Positions 14,060 to 27,999 of a stretch of 64,000 bases of DNA are shown in pieces. Within the stretch, counting starts at the first letter, position 1. The number at the start of each line of letters is the position of its first letter. Both the position numbers and the translations under genes were made by a program. This DNA is from Microbotryum violaceum (lineage: Eukaryota): assembly GCA_001244265.2 (NCBI GenBank), contig CDLV01000010.1, positions 1,674,001 to 1,738,000 on the forward strand, given 5' to 3'. The notes under the pieces were generated by a model that made no database searches, was not told the DNA's origin, and worked only from the letters and a program-made list of their open reading frames with translations.

Positions 14060-14399
14060 TGTGTGATGTTGTTGTTGCGGATAGGTGCTTTTGATTGAGC
14101 GGTGCAGATCCAACAGAGACCGTAACGTGACGAAGCGCCGAGCATGACGAGTTGCGCGCACGGACCAGCACGACACCTTGTCCGGCCTGGTTGAACGTTG
14201 AACGCTTGCACTGGCAGGGCAGGTCAACTCGAGTCAATGACCGAATGGCCCCGCGCCAGCCCACGCCAGCCCGCGCCGAAGCATGCCGCGGCCCCGCCCC
14301 ACTTCAATATTATCTCTCTCTGTCTCTCCCTGCTCTCAGCGCGAATTCCTCTTACTTTGCCACCATTTGTGACCTTCAAGCCTCATCGAGTACCAAGCT

Positions 14400-15576
14400 A
14401 TGGGAGCCTTTTACGATACGGTTCCGAACGAAACGCTCATGGACTGGATCCGCCAGCAAAAGCTCTTCTTCGTCTCGAGCTCGCCCCTGTCCTCGGATGC
14501 GCACGTCAACTGTTCGCCCAAAGGCCACGACGCCCTCTTCACCCTCGTCGACGACAAGAGCGCTTACTATGTCGACTTGACCGGAAGCGGGAACGAGACC
14601 ATCAGCTGCCTGTACGAAGGAGGCAATGGCAGGATCACAATCTGTTAGTCAGCCCGTCTCGGAGTTAGCCGGCTCGGGTTCGGGCTCGGGCTCCAGATTT
14701 CAATCACGTGTAAGGGGCGGGCTGGTCAGAAAGGCCCTAGGCTGACGATGAACGCTTTTATTCATCTATCAACAGTGTTCGTTGCCTTTGAGGGTCCGCC
14801 CAGGATCGTTCGACTGTTCGGCAAGGGCAAAGTTTTCGAACGAGGCTCGCCCGAGTTTGAAAAGTATTTGCCTCCTGGGTGAGTGCTCGAGGCCTACCGT
14901 TTCAAAGGAAAGGGTGAATTTTCCAGTGAATCAACGATTTGATGTCCGATCGGGGCTCACTATATTATGCTAATTTTATCGGCACCGTTTGGAACGGCCG
15001 ATAGAGATCCGAGACGATACCCAGGAACCCGAGCCATCATCTGGATCGACATTCACAAGGTTGGCACCTCGTGCGGCTACTCGGTACCTTTCTTTGAATA
15101 CAAGAAGGAAAGGTATGCTGGAAGCCACGCAATTCAGCGTCATAGCTCCTTCAAGACCATCGTAGTAACAAGCAAAATCCCGTCTCGATGCTCGGCTTTC
15201 ATTGTGCTCTCGCAGGAACACTCTTCTCAACTTTATGGACAACCAAGAGAAGAAAGAAGGTGGCATGAAGCCATACTGGAACCTCAAGAACTCGAGTTCG
15301 GTCGACGGTCTCCCCGGTCCCAAAGTCGCCGAGCCGGATGCGCCCGAACCGAGAGAGAAGTTCACGTTGGAAGGATCGGGAGGAGGGCCCAACGCCGGTA
15401 TTAAGATGGGCAAGAAAAGCGAGGGCGGCGATGTCGTTCAAGATCTGATGGCACGGTTGGCCATGCTCTTGTTGGGACTTTTCTTTGCCGGTTGGTTGCT
15501 TGGGTTGAGGATAACCTTTGATGAAGGAGTTGCGCGGGAAGCGAGGCAACGCCTGTGGGGTACTCTGGCCATTTGA
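14400..15576 (+). CDS. Pyridoxamine 5'-phosphate oxidase-like FMN-binding protein, spliced
   Basis: HVNCSPKG, DLTGSGNETIS, FEGPPRIVRLFGKG, TSCGYSVPFFEY, SVDGLPG; C-terminal hydrophobic helix. Confidence 0.85.
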
Positions 15577-15998
15577 GTTGCGGGGAATAAGTTTGCATGG
15601 CTGTCCCAATTCCTCACCTTTGCTATTTGTAACAGTATTATTTTGGTGTCTCATTCTGATGACGTGCTTTTTGTATGGGAATTGGGATAAATTTACAATC
15701 GATCCGCTTAGATCGATCTCGACTTTAGGGTTCGCGGCTCGAGGCAGCCAGCGAATGCGAACGCCGTCATCTCACATTCCGTCACCTACACCAACCCGAG
15801 CCTCGGGAACGCGAACTGATATTACGCGATATCCGCCACTTCTGTTCACCTTGACACTCTCCCGACTACGCTCTCAATTGGATCTAAAACGAACGGCCGC
15901 CGGTCGTCATCGTCATCAGAAGCGCTGCTCGGTCGTGCATTGACCACGTCAGCGCTCTGCTAGCTCTGCTTTTAGCAGCAGCGACTGCCACTCTCGCG

Positions 15999-18761
15999 AT
16001 GGTCGACCCCAAGCCCGACTACATCATCGTGTTTGACCCGCAACACGTGCCCAAACCCCGATCCGGCAAGCAATCTTCATCGTCCCCGCACCCCAAGAAG
16101 CAGGACAAGGCCCAAACGCAGGCGGCGCTACAGACCGAATATGAGAGCCTGATCGCCGCACTCGAATCCAGCGGATTCGAGGTCACCGGGAGACCGGGAG
16201 CAAAGGGCACCCAGCAGATCTTGCTCTTTGTCCGGGCAAACGAGGACCGGCTGCAGGCCGAAGTGCATCGTGAGAGGTGAGTCAAACAGAACACGAAGAA
16301 TGCCGAAAGCTTGAGACCGTAGATTGAGTGTGAATGTGCTCTATTCGGTGCTTCGTCCGGAACCACCGATAGATTGTCCGACTGGCTTCATGGAGTTGCT
16401 TCGAAGAGGGCCTCACCCAAAACGGCTCGGGATTTTGTCTCCGAGCCCATTACCCCTGCCGAACGACTACGACTCGTGTACTCGATTCTTAGCTCGCCCG
16501 AAGCAGCCATCACCGGGGTCTCGGTCACGTCTTCCGCCTCGTCGGGTCGTACGGTGGGGCTCGACCCCGTTCCTTCACCCGCCAACTTCCCGCACGTCAT
16601 TTCCGTCTTCCCTCCCCACGACGTCGGTTTCAATCAACGCTGGCTCAAAAGCTGGTCCAGTCGATCCCACGCGCTCAAACCAATCCCACGCGCCGAACTG
16701 GACGAGATCAAGGATCACCTCGGCGAGAAAATCGCACTCTATTTTGCCTTCCTCCGCTACTATTTTGCTTCGTTGCTCTACCCCGCCTTGATGGGCATGA
16801 GCTTCTATTTGCTGGGTCTTGCGTACCACCCAATCTACAGCATCGGCATGGTCGGTTGGTCGATCTACTTCATCGAGACCTGGAGGATTCAGGAAAAAAT
16901 GCTGTCGGTCGAGTGGGGGACTTACAACATCCACACCGTCGAGAGCGAGCGTGCCGAGTTTCACGGGGACACACAGATCGTCGATCCCGTCACAGGCGTG
17001 GAACATGCTTACTTCCCCTTTTTGAAGACGTTCGCAAGACAGTTGATGACCATCCCCGTCTTACTGGCCTTTGCAACTGTCCTCGTTGCGCTCATCTCGA
17101 CGATCTACGTCACCGAGACCCTTTTCGGGGAAGTTTACGAGGGTCCAGCAAAGCGGTACTTGACACTGGTACCGACAGTCATGTTTGCTGGGCTAGTTCC
17201 ACAAGTTATCGCTTTGTGAGTTTGAATGGCGGCGGCGTTGCCGCTTTCGCGCCGAAGCTGACATTAAGAACAATCATGCCAGATGGGGCACGACCGCTCA
17301 GAGGCTGACCAAGTTCGAGAACCACACCCATCAAACCGAACATGACCAATCCTTGACGCTCAAGACGTTTGCGCTCAACTTCTTCGTCGCCTACGGATCA
17401 CTCGTACTCACATCTTATGTCTACATTCCCTTCGGATCCGTTCTGGTCCCGTACATCTTGGGAGTGCTACCGTCCAAACACGCCCAGAGGCTTTCTTCCA
17501 CGTCGGTTATGAGCCCGAATGGGAAGAAGGACTTCAGCATCAATTCGAGCAAGCTGCACACTCAGATTGTCGCGTACACTTTGACGAACCAAGTCGTCGG
17601 TGCCTTCACCGAGATTGGTCTGCCTTTCGTTCTGTCCTTCGCCAAGAAGGAAGTAGCCAAAGTGCAAGAGAAGCGAGCGGGTGCGAATTCGCCTTCGCAT
17701 CTCAAGCGCGGGATGGACGACCTGAGCGAGCACGAATACTTGGAGAGGATCCGGGACGAATCTCAATTGCCCGTATACGACGTTTTGGGGGACTACGCAG
17801 AGATGGTGTTGCAGTTCGGGTACCAGGCGCTGTTTTCCGTCATTTGGCCCATCGCGCCGCTGTTTGCGTACCTCAACAACTTTGTGAGTGATTTTGGTTT
17901 CGGCTCCCTCCTTTGTGTCACACTAAACATTCTTCGTGGATTAACAGATCGAATTGAGGTCGGACGCCTTCAAGATCACTCATCAGCACCGCCGGCCGAT
18001 TCCAACTCGAGTCGCCACCATAGGCCCTTGGCTTGATGTGCTCGTGAGTGCACGGTCACGCTTCAATAGGGTATACCTGTAAACTGACGGAGCTCTTCGA
18101 GCAAACTTGGCAGAGCTTCATCTCGTACCTGGCTGCTTTCACAAACTCGTCCTTGGTCTACCTCTACCGACCCCACTGTGATGTCTCGTCACCCACGAGA
18201 GCGTTCCTCTCGAGCCTTTGGTCGCGAGGAAATGACACTCTGGCCGCGAACGCGACGCATATCCACGCAACGTCCAACATGCATCTTGCAACTCGAGGTG
18301 ACCCGGGAGGCTTTTTCAAAGCCGCCTTGGATGGCGCCAACGCCGTGCAGGCGACCAAAGATGCCCTCTGCGGAGGGCTGAGTTCGACTCCTTCGAACCT
18401 CCCTCTCATCACCTCGACGTTGTTCTCAGCATTGCTCGTAGCGCTCTTCTCGGAGCACATCTATCTCGTTGTACGAACGACAGTGAGGTTCATTCTTCAC
18501 CGGACGAGCTGGATTGGGTCCGAAGCGGCCAATCACGTGCGACGTAGTGGGCTCGAGCTGAGGAGAAACTATCTGGACGAGTTGGGCCTGAAGAAGACCC
18601 CGAAGGAATTGGCCGAGGACAGCGGGAAAATTTCAAAGACAGAAGATATTGCCGAGAACGAGAAGATGACTGAGGGCACGAAAAGAGCCGAGCGAGGGGG
18701 GTTCTGGAAAGGGCAAGACAAGGGTTTGGTCGAGTTGAAGAGGGTCGCTAAAATCGATTGA
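15999..18761 (+). CDS. Anoctamin/TMEM16 family scramblase or channel (Ist2-related), multi-exon
   Basis: DEIKDHLGEKIALYFAFL, LTKFENH, DYAEMVLQFGY, IELRSDAFKI, RVATIGPWL; multiple transmembrane segments. Confidence 0.92.
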
Positions 18762-20779
18762 GCGCAAACTCCGAGCCTCCTAACGATTTCTGACGCGGTA
18801 GCAAGTCAGTCGCGTCTGCGATTGAAATTGTTTGTGTTTTTCCTCTGTTTTTTTTGGGGGAGGGGGAGGGGGGGCTCTGTGCTGTACGATTGCTAAGGAT
18901 AGACATAGATACACGAGTTTTGAGAAGACCGCAACAACAATCGGACTAGGATCCTCGCCTTTCTACCTGTGGATATTTGACACCGGGAGTGGGGTCTATG
19001 TGCCTTGCAGCTTTACACTTGCCAATCGGTAGGTGTGTCGGACGGTCTGTTCCGGGATCCATACGAGAGACTGCGAGTCGTCTGTGACCTACATCGAGGC
19101 TCGTCGGTGCCTGAGGCTCGGGCAAGGGGCTGCGCTAACTTTGCAAACCCGGTGGGGCGGTCAAAAGTCTACGACAAAATGTAAGGAGCCCAGATTACTC
19201 AGCAGCGGCGTAAGTAAAGGCGGGTTCCTCGGTAGTACCCTCGATGTCGCGTGACGAATGGACAGTCCCAAAACCAGTCGATTGTCAAGTTTGAGTCAAG
19301 AGTGGGGGTCCAGTGAAGGATGAGAAAAGAGGAAAAAGAGAAGAGAGCTACGGATCGCATATTTAAGGAGATCTGGCGAAATGAAAGGGAGAGATGTAGA
19401 TAATGTGGTTCTTTGTGGTGACCTAGAACAATAGAGACAGATGAGATAAAAAAAATAGGAAAGGATGACAAGGGGATGCACAATGGTCGTCTGTCAAAGG
19501 CAGGAAAATGAAAGGGAGGTCAGGCAAGTCGGTCCGTCGGTCCGAGGTTTGAGCTTGGACCTACCAAGAGGCTGCCGAACCTTACACAAAACTATGGACT
19601 CGATTTACTGCGAATGCCGACGCGGAGCTCGGTCGCTGGGCCGGCTTCACGCAAGAGCTCCAATTGCAACGCGGCGAGTCAAGGCGAGAAAAACTGAAAA
19701 AGAGTGATCCATGTGTACGGGCCTGCATGCGCTGCAAATCGAACCCGAAGATCCCGCGCTCGATCCACGGTTTCGAGTGGTTCGCATGCGACGGCGTCGA
19801 GATTGCACGCCGGTGCATACAGGTACATCTATGTGTATCTCTGTGCACACGCGGGCATCGGTATATCCGAGTGTTGGTTAAACCTCTGGACTGGATCCGA
19901 CTTCAATTGAGCCTGCTCAGAGGGTGTTGCTCGCCCGGAGAGCCTGAACCTCACGTGCCCTTCCATCAATTGACTTCCCCCTTGCAAGTTTCTGCCATGT
20001 CTCCCACGAATATCCCCACTGTGTAGCCAACTCTTCATATACTGTCCGGCCGATCACTTATCGTGTATTGTGGTTCTCGCCCTGCTTGCTCTCCACCTCG
20101 GTTGGTCTTGCACTCGGCGGTGGGTTCGCAACGCAGAAGGTAGCGGTAGGCCGAGCCGATCCGAGCGTACACGAGGGTGCCTAGCCGTGCAATGTCATAC
20201 AGAGAGGTTGGAATGAGGGCAACAGAGGTCGCACCGCTGACAGCAACGGCGACTCGATCCGCGATCTGGGCGGGATTCGCATCGAATGGGGGTGGGGACG
20301 GAGGGGACGGGCACGAGTCACTAGTTAAGCGTCGGCGTGCTTGTTGAAGCAACAGGAGGATGTGGGAGCTGGGAGACGTCCCGATTGTGGCCGGCCATTA
20401 CTCATGCATCCATTAACCCATTCTCCATTACGCATCCTGATTTTCGCCGTCGATCAGATTCGCATTTCCGCATATTTCGCCCCGGGTACGTAGGAAGGAC
20501 CACAAGTTTTCTTCCTAACTGCGGTTTATTACAGAAAAAAAGATTGCGACTATGCTCTGATGCAAGATACTACTGGACGCCGGCCGGTGCCGCAAGCCTT
20601 GCGCTGAAAACGCGAAATCGCCAATGTGGGTGAAGCGCGGACGACGACCGACAATGAGAATGAGTATTTGAACTCCAGCTAGTCTACAAAAAGGAACAAA
20701 CCTTATCAGGCGCTAGACCACATTAACTAGGCTAGTCTCAAAGACCAACGATCAACTTTGAACGGAGTTACTGGCCGGT

Positions 20780-21560
20780 GTCTAAGCGAGGGCGAGATCG
20801 CCGTGGGAAGGGAGTGAGATCGTTCGATGGTTGCGCCTAATGGCCCGCTCTAGATTGGCCCACTGAGCCCTGCTGGGCGCCGGATCCACATTTGGTCCAA
20901 ATCCGACCATCGGCCGTTGAGCGGCAACGCTGGAACGCTTGGTGGAAGGCTTTGCGCAAGGTTCGCCGGGTTCACTCGGACGCCGAGGATACCGGCCACC
21001 TTCTCTCCCTGGGGTCCCTCCATCCGGGAAGCCAAGTCGCCTCCCCAACCAGCCCACATCCCAACAATCGATCTACCTCCTGTGTGATGTGCCTCTCGGA
21101 AGCACCCGAGTGCCTGGTTCACCTCGCGGTCGGCTGCCCATTTGCCCGGCGCCTCTGGTCTGCTCTGTCCCCGACCCCCCACCCAGTCTTTGTGAGGTTT
21201 GTATGCCCGGTCGTGTCTCGCTCGGAACGTCGACTTGCCGAACTACGAGTCCTCTTCTTTCACTCGATCTGGAAGCTCTGTCGCCGTCGTCGATTCTCGT
21301 CGGATCTTTTGGAACCGATCACCGAAACGGAGTTCGAGGGGCTTCGAGCCTCTATCCAGGAGTCCAAGGGTCGCCTAGTGTCTCTGTAAGACACCAAAGG
21401 GGGTTTTAGTGGGTATGGTTGATCCTGGTTCAGGGTCAATGAGTCCTACACTACTGGCTTCTGCCAGTGTGCGTAACAGCATTCCCTCCGACTTTTCGGA
21501 AGATTTCTAGGTATTAATATAATTATGCTGTTAATGAAGTCTATCAAATAAAATAAAAAA
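20780..21560 (+). mobile_element. 5'-truncated L1/Tx1-type LINE relic (ORF2 C-terminal zinc finger, 3' UTR, A-rich tail)
   Basis: CVMC...ECLVHLAVGCPFARRLW zf-RVT-like motif in ORF 20892-21389; AAATAAAATAAAAAA tail at 21546-21560; 5' boundary approximate. Confidence 0.75.
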
Positions 21561-22405
21561 CTGAGCGTCGAACCACGCAAGGCCCGGTCCCCTGGCTCGG
21601 CCGGCCGACTTTGGGAGTGCCGAGTCCGGACGGGCCAGAGAGCCTAACTTTAAGGCCTAGAGCTATCGTATTTGCTCGGCAGACGGCCTTGGAGTTGATG
21701 ACGTGACGAGCGCTGCTGCCGGTTATCGAGACGCTCTTGATGTCAAGTCCATATATTTTTAACTTCTGGGCCGTAGGCGACCTTTGGCAGAGAAGGTGCA
21801 ACATGACGATGCCCTTCTTGGATACTCGAGCCCGGTCGAGTTTAGCCGTCCGAGCTCCTAGGGGGCTCGAACGACCCGTTCACGACCGAGCATTCACAAG
21901 TCGGTCAAAAGTACCTTAGGCGCCACCTAGTACCTACCACGGCATATTTTGATGTGCTGATCGTGCGTGCTGGTGCGACTGGGCTTTGACCCATGGTCAA
22001 TTTTGGGAGCATCAACCAAGCTTGACGACATCATCGATGGCGTCGTGCAAGCGTTTGCTTTGGCGCACAGGCTTGGAGCTTCTGCTTGGAATTCTGGCCG
22101 CGCGCGTGGATCGCTGATCGGAAAGCCCCTGCTCCTCACAGCTTTAGATTGCGATCGGAAGCCTTAAGTCCACCCTTGCGGTGCCCAATGCACGCTGTCT
22201 AGTGCAGCCCGATCACGGTGATCGCAATTTGATCCGTCTGCAGACCGGCGACAGCACCCCAATCGGCCAATAAAAACCAGCACAATTCATCCAGATTCAT
22301 CAGGTTTCATCCCTCGCGAACCCCAGCTCTCTCCGGTCTTTCCGCAAAAGTGCTTCTTCTTCCTCTTTTCCCCCCCACCCCAACTTGAATTGGATCTATT
22401 CGAAG

Positions 22406-24444
22406 ATGTTGTTCAAGTCCTTTGTCACCTTGGCCCTCGTAGGTTGATATGAAAATCGCTGCATGTCACTGTCAGGTCTGGTACGATGTCCCCGTATTCG
22501 ACTGACCCCATCCATTCCCCGCTTTGCCTTGTCGTCATCATCGTCCGATATTCCACGTACAGGCCGCCGGCTCATTCGCCCAGCGCCCCACCAACACGTC
22601 CATCTGCGACTACTACACCACCGCCTTGTTGAAGAACAACACCGGTGCTAACCAGCTTGTGAGTTGCACTTCTTGTGTGCGTTTGAGTTATGCGTTGCAC
22701 TCGGGAATCGGACGCCGCGGACCTTAGCTGGGCCGCCGTGAGGGCGCCAACCACCCGTTGATCGAGGAGAAAGCGCGCCGGTGTGGGAGGGCAAGGCGGC
22801 GCTGTCGTGGTTCGATTGCTCGCCAGCCGCGCCCACCAATCTCCGTCATCGTATTGTGACACAACGTGTCCCGATTCAATCAAGCGCTGTCGCCACGTGA
22901 TCGAGCGGCTGCTAACCACCTAAAATCCTTCTGCGTTCACAAACAAAATACTGCACCTTTCCACTTGTAGATGCTCTTGACCCTCTTAGTCAACACCGCC
23001 GTTATCGGAAACTACTCGTCGAGTAAGTTTTTCGTGCCCTTTCACCCGCTTGTGCCCGCCCCACTGGGCGTGCACGATTTTTCAGCGCCTGGCCTAGACC
23101 CACGCACCATCGCGCGGGCCGCTTAGCCTCGAGTTCGCTTTTCACGCCGCGTGCACCCCTCTTCTCCACTCTTCATGGTTTTCATTGTCGACGTCACCGA
23201 CCGGACTCCATCGCTGCCGCTCTGACACCGTTCTTCTCCATTTCTCCTCCTCTTCTCCTCGCGAGCAGTCAACGTCGGCGTCGCCGTTCCCGGTATCCTC
23301 AACCCCAACGGTACATACAATGGCACCGCTGTCAACCTTGTGAGCCTTCCTGGCGTGTTTCCTCGTGACTGTGGTGCTTACTGGCCCCCTCTGTCACGTG
23401 ATAGGTCCCCTACTTCTCGGGTGCTCTTGCCTCGACCAATCGAGGCGGAAACTCCGGTGTTTCCGTCAACTTCCTCGATGGCGGAGGGGCTGTTCCTCTA
23501 ATGAACAACACGGCCGCGTGAGTACGGTCTCCGCAAATGTTCTCGTGAACAACCGCTCAGCCCTGCTTTGCACTTGTGTTCACGCGCTTACCGGTTCGAG
23601 CTCTTGCGGGGTATTTTGCTCTGCTTCTTGCTGCACCTGCTAACGCGGTAGGCGGTTTTTTCTCCCACTACAGTAACTCCAACTCGACCAATCAATAGTG
23701 AGCTTTACTCTTGATAACTGTTCGTGGCGCCGTCAATGCTGAGACCCCATTTCTCCGATGCGCAGCAAACTTCTCACCCACTTGTACGAGTTCTTCGGTG
23801 TCCTCCTCGGCTGCACGCAACTCGGCTCCACTTATCAACCGTACTCCGGCAACAAATCGATGTACGAGGTTCACAAGTACGTCTTGTCTCTAAATAAACC
23901 GCCAACCTTGGTCACGGCGAGGAACCGACGCTGACTTGACCGCTCTGACCGCTCTCCGGTCCCTGCTTTAAGGTTCATGACTCTCGACCCCAGCGAAATG
24001 AACTACTTCATCACCCAAGTTGCCTTGTCCGCGGCCTCGTTCGGTGTTGCTGAGGCCGATATCCAGGCCGCCGGCTCTGCCTTGAACACTCTGTTCAACT
24101 ACCGCTGCTCGCCCCCCGTCCCACAGAACGTTTCGGCTGCTCTCGCCGGCACGCTCCAATCGATCTGCACCGAATCGACGTGCCCCCTTGACCCCAACTC
24201 GAACTGCACGGCTCAAGCCGCCGTTTCCAACCCCGTTGCCGCCAACTCGACCAACAACGGCTCTGCCTCCGCCACCTCCGCCATGGGTGGCGCTACCTCC
24301 GCCATGGGCTCCGCCACCGGTTCGAGCACCGGGTCGGCCACCGCTGCGGCTGCCACCACTACGAAGGCCGCTTCCGGTGCCAACCAAGTCAAGGCTGCTG
24401 GTGCCGTGGGCATCATCGGCGCTGCCGTTGCACTTCTCCTATAA
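22406..24444 (+). CDS. Secreted, probably GPI-anchored protein with truncated (2/2) globin-like domain, 8 exons
   Basis: Assembled by eye: signal MLFKSFVTLALAAGSFA, SICDYYTTALL, HLYEFFGVLLGC, YSGNKSMYEVHKFMTL, SFGVAEADI, Ser/Thr/Ala stalk, hydrophobic C-terminus GAVGIIGAAVALLL. Confidence 0.75.
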
Positions 24445-25004
24445 GAAATTGACTGGATCGATGTGACTTCAAGCCGATGCTGATGCTTTACAGTAATTGG
24501 TTGCTCGTCGGCTGCTCCTGGTACCGCTTGCTATTTCTCCAAATTACTCCTCCTGGACCCCGTTCTGGGTGTTCGTTGATAACAAATCAGGTCCATGTTC
24601 AGATTAAACTATGATCGTAGCTCAATATCATTCCTATGTCAATACCAGCAACCTTCTCCAACGCTCGTAAACTTAGCCGACCAAGTCCGATGACCGTCCA
24701 GTGGAAGCTATCATCTGGTAAGTTGGAGGATGAAGTCATGAACCTAGTCAATCAATACTGAAGAATGCAGAATGCCAAGAAGCAATGATGGTGCCGAAAG
24801 AAGAACGGGCTGGAGCTGGCTCAGCTGGAGTCTGCTGGGAGCAGCTGAGTCTCAGGCGCTGAGGTGCTGGGTCCAGCCCGCGCGGGCCCCACTTCCGTGC
24901 CTCATCCTCCTCCAACTATCCACCAATCGCGCCCCGGAGCGCCTACCACTTCGTCCGTCAACAAAATCCGTAAAAGATCCCTCTTTCAACTGTGGCGGTT
25001 GATC

Positions 25005-26583
25005 ATGCCCAAGGCGTATCTCCCCGACCTGAGCACGCTGCTCAAGGCGGGCGTGGCCATCGGGTTCACCATCTTCTCCGGGGTTGGTGCGCTGCTGTAC
25101 CTCTATCAGAACAAGCTCATCTACGTTGCATCCATGCCGGCTGGTCAGTTGGTCCCTCGTCCACTTGACGGATTAAGGTGGAAATGCTGATGCTGTTCCC
25201 GGACTGTTTCAGGCTCGCGAACGAATGTGGCCACACCCGACGAGTTCGGCATGCCAGACTACGAGCAACTGACCTTGCACACTCCAGATGGGGTCACGAT
25301 CCGAGCCTATCTTCTGTTGCGACCCGACGCCGAGCAAGAAGAGGCACCTCGGCCGACGATCCTGTTCCTTCATGCCAATGCTGGCAACATTGTGAGGCAT
25401 GCGCCCGCTAGGCGCCGCGAATGCGCGGGAGACCACTGCACTTCTGACGTATGCCTTCCTTTTAGGGTCACCGATTACCGCTGGTCAAGGTCTTCTACCA
25501 AAAACTTCGCTGCAATGTTCTCGCATTGAGCTATCGGGGGTCAGTGCATGCATATCCACTCGGACGCCCGATTGGATACAGCCTCGCAGCCTTCCAGCTG
25601 ACACTTCGCATCTTTGCGCTCGCCTGAAACAAACGAACTTGCGCCGACTTTCTTACAGGTACGGGCTGTCCGAGAGCGAAGCAGATGAGAAAGGGATCAA
25701 AATCGACGCTCAAGTCGCGCTCGATCATGTTTTGTCCCATCCGAGCCTTGAGAAGACGCCCATTTTTTTGGCAAGTTCCCGCAGATTTTCCTTTGCTGAA
25801 TTCAAGACCGGGTGTGGCTGACGCAGTGCAACCGCGTGCCTTCTTACACATCAACAGTATGGCCAATCGATTGGGGGAGCGGTGGCCATATTTCTTGCAA
25901 GTCAAAACGAAACCCGCGTGCGCGGATTGATCGTCGAGAACACCTTTACCTCCCTACGTCGTCTCGTGCCGTCCGTCATGCGTGAGTATGCTCCGTCGCA
26001 TTTGGAGTGGCGATTGATTATTGAGTCTAGTTTAAAAATACTGAGATCAGTATTCAACTGCTTGCTACATCTACAGCTTTCCTTGCACCGTTCCTCTTCC
26101 TCTTGCATCAAATTTGGCCGTCGATCGATCTCATCGACACACTACCCGTCGACTTCCCGGTCCTGTTCCTCAGCGGCGATAAGGATGAGCTCGTACCCCA
26201 GCACCACATGACTCAGCTATATGTGCATTGTTCGAGTCAGAACAAGCACTGGAGAGACTTTGCACATGGCACCCACAGTGAGTGTACTCGATTTTGCCGT
26301 AGCGGAGCCGAGAGAGGCGGGGCTGATCCTGGCCTCGTCGCCTACAGACGACACCTGCATCCAACCCTTGTACTTCAAGCACATTGCGGAGTTCATTTTG
26401 AGAACACTCTCAACACCGACAAGCGACGAGGAGAAGTCTGAATCGCCTACAGTGTCCGCCACTATACCCTCGGCCCCGGGATCCTCGATCGACAGTTTTG
26501 AACTGATTGATCGCGAGATCGATGCAGCTGGCGGTGCAAACAGCGTCAACGTGTTTGAGGCCGCCGCAAAAGACAAGTTGTGA
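25005..26583 (+). CDS. BEM46: BEM46/ABHD13 family alpha/beta hydrolase, multi-exon
   Basis: LYLYQNKLIY, LFLHANAGNIGHR, SYRGYGLS, YGQSIGGAVA nucleophile motif, IVENTFTS, LSGDKDELVP. Confidence 0.92.
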
Positions 26584-27999
26584 CTATCCGCCTGGAAGGG
26601 GCAGATTTTACCACCGGTGTTGTAATACTATGACTGCGAGATCCCCTTCGCAGCGCAGATGCTCTTCATCCTGCTGCCTTGCACCGGCCCACGGTCGATT
26701 CGCGCAGCCCAAAGGCGTTCAATAGCTATGGTTCTAGCAGTGCTCCCGCAACCGTGATCCAATCAGGGCATCGCCTGTTAGCCTTCTCAGTCTGTCACTA
26801 TCACAGTGGACTAGAGATGCTCCTTTCGACAAGCGCGCGGGCGGGGCAGCGACTCAGATCCGAGACGCCGGACGGCGGAGCTTCCTAGTTTGATCCGACA
26901 AATCCTAAATTTCTGCCGCAGCTGCGGATCAACCAAGATGATCGGATGTTCCGCATCACCCGAATATGTAGGAACACAAAAATGACGTGGTACTAAGGGT
27001 AAAGACTGACATCTGCAGCTCGCCAGACTCATTCCTTCGCTGCAGTGGGAACGCGTTTGGTCGCGCCAAAGCTGAAATTGTTCGGTTGATACCGGCCATG
27101 GCTGCCTTGATCCGCGGGTTTGCCTCTTTTGGACACCACCAATGCGTTTCCTGTCAGACGCTCTGGTTGTCGCAACGTTTGTCCTCAAAAGTCGACCGCA
27201 CCCTCGTAATCAGGGAAGAACGGCAATCGAAGCCCTTCTCGGCAGGACGGCGCCTAGTCTTACTCACCTCAGCTTCAGCTATTCGAACCTACGGCATTTC
27301 AGATGTTTATGTTTCCAAGGAACGTCGAACCAAGCTGGCATCTCGTTCCAGTCAGAGGTTGTTCATCGGGTATTCACACCTATCATGCCGGGGTCCAAAC
27401 GTCGAACAAAGCCTTCTTCACCGTATCAGGTGAGGTGCCGCTGCAGTGGTTTTTCGTTCAATCCCTTCAAGCGCGGCCACCGGCGCCTCGCGGCGCTTTC
27501 GTCGATGTGCACAGCAGTTGCGTCGCAGGTGATAATTCCCCAGATACAAAAGCTTGATAGCAAGTTGGATTCAGTTTACCCACATTTCAGCGTGAAGCAT
27601 GGCGTAGGCCGATGAAGTGCAAGAGGATGCTCACTCGATTCATCCGCCGAGATTGTCGATTCTGTCCGACTCGGAGCTCTGGAATCATTTCAAGTGGGGT
27701 GACAAGCCATCTCTTAACACTTTCACTTTCGGGGCTGCAGTCCCGCCCGCAACAAGATTTTGCCCGCGATTGCTAACGCAGAGCACCACAACCATCTTCT
27801 GGGTGAAGTAGGATAGCTACAGCTTCATGAAAGGTTGCGAAGTTGCCCGCAACAACGAATGAAGATTTAGGACTTCGGGTTGTTAGGTTTGGCTGCGCAC
27901 ATCTTCGAAGATGAGATAATAGAGACAAAAGTAGGATCTGCAAAACTTTGATACAGTACAACATTAATTGATTAACTATACGCCTAGGCGCTGAACGAG

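Noticed and set aside
18900-20700. Short ORFs in the long intergenic region after anoctamin
   Set aside because: No recognisable domains, repeats or termini
21561-22170. Possible decayed coding sequence after the LINE tail
   Set aside because: Fragments could not be assigned to any family
26800-27900. Overlapping short ORFs between BEM46 and CCDC130
   Set aside because: No consistent exon structure or recognisable motif; a decayed gene is possible but unsupported
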